From an uncultured virus (IMG/VR IMGVR_UViG_2941446319_000001) (taxonomy: Duplodnaviria; Heunggongvirae; Uroviricota; Caudoviricetes): DNA of 34,747 nt. The translations under genes and the position numbers were made by a program. This document shows positions 24,694 through 31,854 of the stretch, in pieces. The stretch lies in the IMG/VR virus record IMGVR_UViG_2941446319_000001; one strand, written 5' to 3'. How positions within the stretch are numbered: position 1 is the first letter of the stretch; each line of letters starts with the position of its first letter. The notes below the pieces were generated by a model, which made no database searches, was not told the origin of the DNA, and was given only the letters and a program-made list of their open reading frames with translations.

Positions 24694-25885
24694 TCCCTGC
24701 CTTGCCGCGCCCATGGCGGCCTTGGACGGCCCAGCCACGCCTTGCCGCACCCAGATGAGCGGGCGCCGGAGAGTCGAACTCCAGCGATGAGCCGAACGCC
24801 CTGGTGAAACCCCTGCCTTGCCTCTCCCTGCCTTGCCGCGACATGCCGGGCCGAGCCATGCCGTGCTCGTGGGTGGCGCGGAGTCGAACCGCGCAGAAGA
24901 CCGTCCACCCGAATCCATGCCTCGCCAGGCCGTGCCAAGCCCGGCCTGAACCAGCCACGCCTCTGCACGCCCCACCAAGCCGCACACCCAATCGGGGGCG
25001 GTCCAGGGCTGAGGTGCTAGACCCCAACCCCAGACCGTCACCGGCACCACGCCCTGCCCGGCCGAACAAAACCGGACCATGCCCTGGCGCGCCACGCCCT
25101 GCGCCGCCGCACCAAACCGGACCACGCCTTGCCGTGCCGTGCGCTGTTGCTGCCCGGGGGCAGCGGAGGGCCGCGAGACAAGCTCGCGACCGACCGCCGT
25201 CACCGGCCCAAACCTCACCCAGCCCGACCCGGCCAAGCCGTTCCGCGCCCGAGATCGGCACGCCATGCCAAGCCAAGCCCGCTCGGAAGCGGGGGAAGAC
25301 CACGGAGCTAGTCCGTGATCGACCTCCGTCGCCGGAACCTTGCCCGGCCTCGCCACGCCCTGCCTAGCCCGTCCGCGCCCTGCCGAGTCGAGCCGAACCG
25401 AACCCCGAATTGGGGGCGGCGCGGGAGTCGAACCCGCGCTACGACCATTCGCCCACCCACGCCATGCCTTGCCATGCGGTGCCTTGCCCCTGCTTGCCAC
25501 GCCTTGCCCGGCCAAGCCCCAGAGCGCGGGTGCCGAGGGCTCGAACCTCGGAGCCTGCCAGCCACCCTCCAAGCCTTGCCAGACCCCGCCGAGCCCAGCC
25601 ATGCCGCTCCCGGCCCTGCCTTCGGCCCTGCCATGATGCGCGGGCGTCGGGGCCTCGAACCCCGAAGGCTGCCAGTCGCCCTCCATGCCACGCCGAGCCT
25701 TGCCGAACCGAACCACGCCTTGCCATGCCCTACCGGTCCTTGCCGCTCCGAGAGCGCGGATGGCCGGGGAGTCGAACCCCAGCTTGCGACCATCCATCCG
25801 TCCCTGCCCTGTCACGCCTCGCCGGGTCGAGCCCGGCCATGCAGCACCCAGACCGGCCAGGCCAAGCCCAACCACGCCCCGCCTT
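24694..25885 (-). ncRNA. array of ten (GGY-NN)n guide-like RNA units separated by nine hairpins (VIPR-like vrRNA array)
   Basis: 5-nt period with GGC/GGT anchors and variable dinucleotides. Tracts at 25799-25883, 25682-25749, 25568-25632, 25459-25518, 25335-25404, 25207-25281, 25044-25143, 24914-24986, 24810-24867 and 24694-24751. Hairpins lie between them. Confidence 0.88.
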
Positions 25886-25918
25886 GACAGGCTCTGAACA
25901 GTCCGGGAAGTAGGCATG

Positions 25919-26539
25919 TCAGATCTCGCTGACCTCAGTCGAGAACCTGCCGTACATGGTCCGGAAGTCGCCGAGTCCTTCCATCTCGCCGGCCAGGCGG
26001 GCGACCTCGCGGAACTCGTCGTACTCGATCGCCTTCGGGTCGACGATGACGTCCGCCTCGACCAGCCAGTCACGGAAGATCGGGCGGCACCGGTCGACCT
26101 TGTTCCGCTGGACCGTGACCGGGCGGATGTCGACGAACTCGGACTCGCCGCCGCCCCACAGGCCCTCGACGTCGCGCGGCCCCTTGTAGATGAGCGGCAG
26201 CATGAAGTCGGCGATGACCACGCCGCGCTCGATCTTCTTGCCCGCCTTGATCAGCCGCGCCCCGCCGATCAGCGACCGGAACAGGTTCTGGCCGGGCATG
26301 TACGGGCCGAGCTGCGGATCGAAGTACAGGGAGCCTTCGAACTCGACGCGGGCGACCTCAAGGCGGTCCTCGTCGGTCTTGGTCCGCTTGGAGTTGAGCG
26401 CCTTCAGCTTCTTCGCGTACGGGTTGAGCGGGCTCGCAAGCTGCACGTTATGGAGCAGCAGCGGGCGGGTGCCCGTGCAGGTCATGCGGATCTTCAAGGA
26501 CTTGCCCTTCGTTTCGTTGTCCACTTTGTTCGCGAACAT
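25919..26539 (-). CDS. stand-alone RAMP/Cas7-like RNA-binding protein (Vipr-like); alternative start TTG 26497
   Basis: N-terminal strand with TGTRPLLLH, central PYMPGQNLFRSL and C-terminal glycine loop GEMEGLGDFRTMYGRF give a RAMP (RRM) architecture. No other cas genes nearby. Confidence 0.8.
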   Translation of the reverse strand: MFANKVDNETKGKSLKIRMTCTGTRPLLLHNVQLASPLNPYAKKLKALNSKRTKTDEDRLEVARVEFEGSLYFDPQLGPYMPGQNLFRSLIGGARLIKAGKKIERGVVIADFMLPLIYKGPRDVEGLWGGGESEFVDIRPVTVQRNKVDRCRPIFRDWLVEADVIVDPKAIEYDEFREVARLAGEMEGLGDFRTMYGRFSTEVSEI

Positions 26540-26622
26540 TGTTAACGGTAGGAGTATGACCTAGAGGTGTCAACTCTGTTCGCGCTATTCGTTCGCGCAT
26601 ACAGTTGTGAGACCATGCCGTT
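26527..26622. promoter_or_regulatory. promoter of the RAMP cassette and operator repeats
   Basis: Minus TTGACA(26573-26568)-N17-TACCGT(26550-26545)-N5-ATG. Palindrome TGTTCGCGAACA at 26527-26538, plus GTTCGCG copies at 26578 and 26591. Confidence 0.8.
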
Positions 26623-26808
26623 ATGGCCAGAGAGGAAATCCCAGAACTGCGGACGCTGCGTGACGACTACGACCGCGCGCGAGCGGCTCTGTTCGCCGGC
26701 ATCCGCAAGTACCTGGCCGAAGGGCGAGGCCCATCCGAAATCGGCCGTAGCGTCGACTGGACCCGCGAGTACATCGCGAAGATCCGCGACGGCAAGGTCA
26801 AGGACTAG
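26623..26808 (+). CDS. small HTH repressor divergent from the RAMP gene
   Basis: GRGPSEIGRSVDWTREYIAKIRDG HTH. Confidence 0.75.
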   Translation: MAREEIPELRTLRDDYDRARAALFAGIRKYLAEGRGPSEIGRSVDWTREYIAKIRDGKVKD

Positions 26809-26906
26809 CGCCACCTGGCTCTCCTCCTCTCGGATGTATGGGGTACTGGGTAGGTCCCGTCGCTGTCCCGACCCCCGATGGACGGGACAGCGACGGGAGA
26901 GGCGGG

Positions 26907-27311
26907 CTAGAAGGGCGCTTCCGGGTCGATCTCCAGCCACGGCTGCAACACGTGGAGGCGGTAGAAGACCTTGCAGCCCGGCGTCTTGTCGGCGTGGTCG
27001 AGGGCCTTAGACGCTGACTGGAAGGGGATGATGAGCCCCGCCTTGTCCGGGTGGCCGCTGGCGACCACGATCTCCATGCGGGTCTCCAGCGCCTCGAACT
27101 CGGCGATCCGCTCGCGGGCCTCGCGAAGCTCCGTCGCCATGCGGGAGACGACCGTCACCAGTTCCTCGGCCGCTTTGCCGCTGTCGTCGTCGCTGCCGCC
27201 GTAGTAGACGCGGATCGACTCCTCTACCGCGTCCAGGTCTAGCGGCGGTTCCTGCTCGGGCTCGTCGGGCTCTCGGTCGTTGGCCTCGTACAGGTCGTCT
27301 ACGTGGGTCAC
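26907..27311 (-). CDS. hypothetical protein
   Basis: Acidic N-terminus, central coiled coil, C-terminal PF. Confidence 0.7.
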   Translation of the reverse strand: MTHVDDLYEANDREPDEPEQEPPLDLDAVEESIRVYYGGSDDDSGKAAEELVTVVSRMATELREARERIAEFEALETRMEIVVASGHPDKAGLIIPFQSASKALDHADKTPGCKVFYRLHVLQPWLEIDPEAPF

Positions 27312-27330
27312 GGTCGTTCCCTTCAGGGGG

Positions 27331-27531
27331 TCAGGGGGTTTCGATGTCAGATGGGGAGCCGTACCGGGCGAGATCGGCCGTCATCGCGGCGATGCACGCG
27401 AGGCAGGCTCCGCACGGCGTCTCGTCCGGCTGGCGCTTGGTGCATCCGACCGCGCCGGCCGAGCAGTCGTGGTCTACGGGGAGCCAGGCGTCACACCAGT
27501 CGCAGTAGCGCATGTCCTCGACGACGCTCAC
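27331..27531 (-). CDS. small Cys-rich protein
   Basis: YCDWCDAW...CGACLAC; GTGA overlap. Confidence 0.55.
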   Translation of the reverse strand: MSVVEDMRYCDWCDAWLPVDHDCSAGAVGCTKRQPDETPCGACLACIAAMTADLARYGSPSDIETP

Positions 27532-28178
27532 GACGCCGTCACCTCGATCAGCCAGAACGGCGACGAGCCGCAGGAGCACGTGTAAGGGCCTTCGGCGGGA
27601 GTCGGGCGGCCGGGGCACTGGGCGTGCCCGTACCGCTCCACCGCCTCAGCGAAGGCAGCGCCGGCCACCACCGGGATGGGGCGTTTGCCGTCCTGGTGCG
27701 ACCCCTCAGGGGCGGGCCGGAACCCGCCCCTGTCGTCCAGCAGCACCCAGCCCAGACGGGCGTGCTTGACCGGCACCTCCCACGGACGGGCAACGCCCTC
27801 GCGCAGCTTGTAGCCGAGCCGCTCCGCCGCAGCGGGCGCCACCGCATCCGTGAGCCTGTGGCACGGCCGGCACGCCCACTGGACGTTCGACGGCGCGTTC
27901 GACCACCGCTTCGACGTGCCGCCGATCTTCTTCCCCTCGCGGTGCGCCGAGTCCGTCCCAGCCGCCGCGCCGCGGCACGCCAGGCCGATCTCACACAGGC
28001 CCTCCGAGCGGCGGCGGATGATGTCCCGCACCCTCGCCGGGACACCCTTGGGCGCCGACTGCTTCAGCGTGGACGTCCGCTTCTTCGGGTCGTTGGCCCG
28101 CTTGAAGCCGGCACCGCGAGACATCTCCGTCTTCGCCTTCAGCGGCGTCTTCCGCTGCGGCATCGGCGACCTCTTCAT
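27528..28178 (-). CDS. HNH-like endonuclease
   Basis: RSEGLCEIGLAC...AHR...SNVQWACRPCH. Confidence 0.8.
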   Translation of the reverse strand: MKRSPMPQRKTPLKAKTEMSRGAGFKRANDPKKRTSTLKQSAPKGVPARVRDIIRRRSEGLCEIGLACRGAAAGTDSAHREGKKIGGTSKRWSNAPSNVQWACRPCHRLTDAVAPAAAERLGYKLREGVARPWEVPVKHARLGWVLLDDRGGFRPAPEGSHQDGKRPIPVVAGAAFAEAVERYGHAQCPGRPTPAEGPYTCSCGSSPFWLIEVTAS

Positions 28179-28615
28179 CGGCCACCGCCCCGGTGGTTGA
28201 TGCTCTGTCCAGACTGGGCGTTGTTATTGAGCGACTGGAACAGGCTGATCTGGTCCTTGATCTTCCAGGCGTAGCTCGTCGCGATGTTCAGCAGAACCTC
28301 GGCGTCGTGAAGTGCTTCCCACTCCGTCGCGGTGCTCCTGGCGACCCAGGCGTCCCGTTCTGCCGCGGTGACCGTCCCGACCGTCCGGCCCACCCTTGGG
28401 CAGTCCGGCGACATCAGGAGCCTCGTCTCGGCCTTCTTAAGCGACTTCTGGCACTCGGCGACCTTGCGAGTCGCCTCAGCTACGGCGTCGGTTGAGGCTT
28501 CCAGCGCGTTGTTGATGTGCTGCAGCAGGGCGTCGGTCTGGTCGGGTCTCAGCGGGGTGCCTGGAGCGGTCAGGACGAGTCCGCCGCTCGGCGTGCGCTG
28601 GTAAGCCTCACTCAC
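28175..28615 (-). CDS. helical hypothetical protein
   Basis: VSEAYQRTP...TAAERDAWV; overlap chain. Confidence 0.7.
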   Translation of the reverse strand: MSEAYQRTPSGGLVLTAPGTPLRPDQTDALLQHINNALEASTDAVAEATRKVAECQKSLKKAETRLLMSPDCPRVGRTVGTVTAAERDAWVARSTATEWEALHDAEVLLNIATSYAWKIKDQISLFQSLNNNAQSGQSINHRGGGR

Positions 28616-29207
28616 CGGGCTCACCCGCCTCGATGGCGGAGCGCAGGACGTCGGCCAGCACGCCGGCCAGATCGCCGCGGCGCCACGCATCCATGACCGC
28701 TTCCGACGCGCCCTCGCACGGCGTGTACGCGAACGCCCCCGACCGGGGCGCGGTGGAGGACTCCAGCACCTTCACCAGTTCGCCAGTCGCCCGGTTGAGG
28801 ACCTGCCCCTTGGCGTTCGCGCTCTTGAGGACCTTCGCCCGGTAGGCGGGCTGGATGGTCTTCTGCAGCAGCTCGGGCCGGTTCTCCCGCACCCACGCCA
28901 GCAGCTCCGGATCCGACTCGGCGCCAGGCCGCAGCCCTTCGGCGATCTCGCCGGGCGCCATCTCCTCCACCAGGCTGAACAGGGTCGGCTCGTACACCTT
29001 GACGGTGGTCTTGCCGACCTTGATGGCGATCGACCCGAGCGGAGTTCCGTCGTCCAGCGTGACGTCTATCGACTTCGTGCCGGACTCCTGGTGGGCGGCG
29101 GCGAACGCAGCCTCGGCCTGGCTGCGGGTCATGTCCGCCGCGGCCTTGACCTCGTCGCTGATGAACCGCAGGGCGGCGACACGCTGACCGTGCAGGCGCG
29201 GGTTCAC
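28608..29207 (-). CDS. hypothetical protein of the recombination module
   Basis: GTG overlapping the ATPase stop; VLNRATGELV motif. Confidence 0.7.
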   Translation of the reverse strand: MNPRLHGQRVAALRFISDEVKAAADMTRSQAEAAFAAAHQESGTKSIDVTLDDGTPLGSIAIKVGKTTVKVYEPTLFSLVEEMAPGEIAEGLRPGAESDPELLAWVRENRPELLQKTIQPAYRAKVLKSANAKGQVLNRATGELVKVLESSTAPRSGAFAYTPCEGASEAVMDAWRRGDLAGVLADVLRSAIEAGEPGE

Positions 29208-30115
29208 GCGGCATCCCCGCTCACTTCGGCGGGCTTCGGCTTGGACAGTTCCATCCACCGGCGGCGGGCCAGCTCGCCGAGCTGGGTGGCGTCGCCGTGC
29301 TCGTCGATGACCTGGGCGCCGAACAAGCCACGCTTGCGGATCTCCCCACCGGCCGCGGCGACGTCATCGAGGGTGGCGTACTGGTCGAGCAGCAGGTCCC
29401 GGAAGTGCAGAGCGTCCGGGCTAGGCTTGCCGTCACCGAGCCACGCGGCGATCTCCTGCGCGAACTCCGCGCCCGGCTTCGGCACTACCCGGCCCGCGAT
29501 CGTGCGGGCCCTCGACTTGGAGATGACCAGCGTGTTCTCGTGGTCCAGGTCTCCGACAATGTCGAACTCGTACTCGATGCCTTCGCGCTGCTCCGGCTTG
29601 AGGCCAACCTTGCGCGGCACCTTCCTGCCGCGCTGGTCCTCCTCGATGACGTAGTCCGTCTTGGACCGCATCGTGACGATGACGTGGCCCGGATACGACA
29701 CGAGCGCGTCGATCATCTGGCGTTCCTGCGGTCGGGCTTCCTTCCACCCTCCGAAGGAGTTGCCGCCGTAGCCGCGCTTGGCGGCCGAGTCGACCTGTTC
29801 CAGCATGCCGCCGGTCCCGGACCAGAAGTGCGTCAGCGAGTCGATGACCGCCACGTCGTGCCCCTGGGAGGCGGCCACGGCCAGCACCTGGCAGAGGGTT
29901 GCCGGCTCGAACGACTGCAGGTTGAGCCGGTTAAACGAGAACTCGTCGGCGTACTTGCTGGCGCTGCCCCGCTCGGTGTCGATGACGGCGACCTTCTCCC
30001 CCAGTACGGTGGCGATGGTCAGCGCGGTGTAGGTCTTCCCGGACCCGGTCGGGCCGGTGAGCGCGACGCGCGCTTTGGCCTCATCCTTGGTCGCAGGCTC
30101 GAACGTGAAGTTCAC
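29204..30115 (-). CDS. Sak4-like AAA_24 ATPase (ssDNA annealing / recombination)
   Basis: GPTGSGKT Walker A; IDTERGSA; VIDSLTHFW; EQREGIEYEFD. Confidence 0.9.
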   Translation of the reverse strand: MNFTFEPATKDEAKARVALTGPTGSGKTYTALTIATVLGEKVAVIDTERGSASKYADEFSFNRLNLQSFEPATLCQVLAVAASQGHDVAVIDSLTHFWSGTGGMLEQVDSAAKRGYGGNSFGGWKEARPQERQMIDALVSYPGHVIVTMRSKTDYVIEEDQRGRKVPRKVGLKPEQREGIEYEFDIVGDLDHENTLVISKSRARTIAGRVVPKPGAEFAQEIAAWLGDGKPSPDALHFRDLLLDQYATLDDVAAAGGEIRKRGLFGAQVIDEHGDATQLGELARRRWMELSKPKPAEVSGDAA

Positions 30116-30432
30116 TGCTCGTTGTCTCCCTCGTCGTTGGGGGTGTTGTCGTAGTCGCGCTTGCTGCGCTCGAAGTCGAGTTCCGCTTCGTGGCCGATGT
30201 CGGGTCCTTCACCGACCGGGACGGCGGTTCTACGGCGGCCGTACCGGGCCACGTACGCGTCGACGGACGCCTCGGACACCCGCACGTGCTCGTGCGTCGA
30301 CTCCACGCGCAGGCCGCCCTGCTGGCGGCCGAGCGCCATCACGTCCTTCGCGTTCAGGAGGCGGCCGGTTCCGGCCCAGATCCGGGTGATGGTGGTGCTG
30401 ACGTTCAGCCAGCGGACTGTGGGCCCCATCAC
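30112..30432 (-). CDS. HTH/excisionase-like DNA-binding protein
   Basis: WLNVSTTITRIWAGTG...VRVSEASVDAY. Confidence 0.55.
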   Translation of the reverse strand: MMGPTVRWLNVSTTITRIWAGTGRLLNAKDVMALGRQQGGLRVESTHEHVRVSEASVDAYVARYGRRRTAVPVGEGPDIGHEAELDFERSKRDYDNTPNDEGDNEQ

Positions 30433-30725
30433 AGGTCCTCACCGCCCAGGAACCGGACGTACAGCCGCCGCTCGCCCCGCACCGTGCGCGTCACCGCGTC
30501 GAACTGTCCGAACGGGGCCAGCGCCTCGATGGAGCCGTTACGGACCCGGACCGCGTACTGGCCGGCGGCGAGAGCACAATCGAGCACGGCGACGCGCGCC
30601 CACTCGCCCGGCCTGCGGGTGAGCTCTGCGGCGACCTCGCGCCATACGAGGACGGGCGCACCGTTGCCTCTATTGGTGGTGCGAGCCGGAGGGTTCTCGA
30701 AGGAGATCTCACGGGAGAGAATCAC
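30429..30725 (-). CDS. hypothetical protein
   Basis: VAAELTRRPGEWA...LYVRF; GTGA overlap. Confidence 0.65.
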   Translation of the reverse strand: MILSREISFENPPARTTNRGNGAPVLVWREVAAELTRRPGEWARVAVLDCALAAGQYAVRVRNGSIEALAPFGQFDAVTRTVRGERRLYVRFLGGEDL

Positions 30726-31480
30726 GACGCGACTCCCGCCTGCTCGGCGGGCTTGGCAGCCTTGGCGGCGTCGTACTGCTGGATCCCCCACAAGATGCCG
30801 TGGCAGGCCCACAGGAACCACCAGTCGTAGTCCTTGAACTCCCACTCCCACGTGTCGTCGAAGGAGAAGCTGTCCCCGAACTGGGTCGTGGTGCTGTGCT
30901 TGCCCTCGGACTCACGGAGGTGGCGGTAGCCCCAGGAGGAGGCGTCGATGGGGTCGTCGAACGTCGCGCTCGCGCCGCATGTGCACGTCACCGTGTGGGT
31001 GCGGTACTCGAAGTCCTCCAGGGCGCGGCGTGCGCCGCCTTCCCAGGTGATGTCGCCGTTCTCAAGCAGGTCGCGAACGGCTTGGCTGATCCCTCGCGGC
31101 GCACTCCGGTCCACGATCGCCTCGGCGACGTACTCCTTGACCTGCCGCTCGAACGAGTCCTGGTCGTACTTCATGACGCTGTCGCGGTCGCTCGTCAGCT
31201 TCTCCGCCCAATAGTGCGGGTTGATGTGAAGCGAGCCGTCCTCCCAGATGCCGGAGCGAAAGAACTCGAACATGTCCGTCAGCCGGCGGAAGACGTAGCT
31301 GTCGCCGTCGCCCTGGAAGATCAGCGAGCCAGGGGCCGTGATCAGGTCGAACCAGTACGAGCTGTGGCCGGGCTTGAGGAACCGCAGGTGCCGGTACAGG
31401 CCGTCGTCGTGCAGGACCTGCATCTCGTGGCTGGCGGTCTCGCGCTGGAACCGCTCGGCGATCTCCGGGTACTCGCTCAC
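30722..31480 (-). CDS. conserved phage hypothetical protein
   Basis: HEMQVLHDDGLYRHLRF...YWFDLIT...DMFEFFR...YWAEKL. Confidence 0.85.
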   Translation of the reverse strand: MSEYPEIAERFQRETASHEMQVLHDDGLYRHLRFLKPGHSSYWFDLITAPGSLIFQGDGDSYVFRRLTDMFEFFRSGIWEDGSLHINPHYWAEKLTSDRDSVMKYDQDSFERQVKEYVAEAIVDRSAPRGISQAVRDLLENGDITWEGGARRALEDFEYRTHTVTCTCGASATFDDPIDASSWGYRHLRESEGKHSTTTQFGDSFSFDDTWEWEFKDYDWWFLWACHGILWGIQQYDAAKAAKPAEQAGVAS

Positions 31481-31854
31481 GCTGCGATGCCCCTCTGTGC
31501 GGCGAGGCTCGCGGCCTGCTTCAGGAAGTCGTCGATCTGGGTGCCGGAGAGCGTGTCGCTGGCGTCGCCCAGCAGCGCCACCAGCTGGTTGAGTGACATC
31601 GTCCGCACCGGCTGAAGGGGAGCCATCACCTCGGCCAGAAGGCGGGCGGCCTCGATCACCGCGCGGGTGTTGGTGTCCAGCTCCTCAAACTCGAAGCCGC
31701 GCCAGAACAGCCACATGTCCGCTTCGGCTCCATCGGCGATGGCGAGCGCGCCAGGCAGGTCCACGCGGCCGTCTTCCGTCTTGAACTGGCCGATGCAGCG
31801 TCCGCGCTGCTTCAGCACTCCGCGAGCCGCGTTGAGGATGTTCTCGGGGGTCAT
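31477..31854 (-). CDS. DUF6197-like hypothetical protein
   Basis: MTPENILNAARGVLKQRG...GRVDLPGAL; ATGA overlap. Confidence 0.6.
   Translation of the reverse strand: MTPENILNAARGVLKQRGRCIGQFKTEDGRVDLPGALAIADGAEADMWLFWRGFEFEELDTNTRAVIEAARLLAEVMAPLQPVRTMSLNQLVALLGDASDTLSGTQIDDFLKQAASLAAQRGIAA

Noticed and set aside
24761..25795. True tRNA genes in the array (GGTTCGA motifs)
   Set aside because: Only T-arm and acceptor-like stems are present; D and anticodon arms are absent.
24694..25885. Canonical CRISPR array or simple microsatellite
   Set aside because: There are no identical 23-50 nt direct repeats with unique spacers. The variable dinucleotides are non-repetitive and organised in hairpin-delimited units, unlike a microsatellite.
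24560..26073. Long ORFs across the repeat array (24661-26073, 24560-25303, 25308-25793, 25315-25887 and the N-terminal extension of 24111-24968)
   Set aside because: These are low-complexity G/A/R/W/P translations produced by the stop-poor GGY-NN periodicity, open in many frames at once. The 5-nt period and conserved hairpins point to RNA function.
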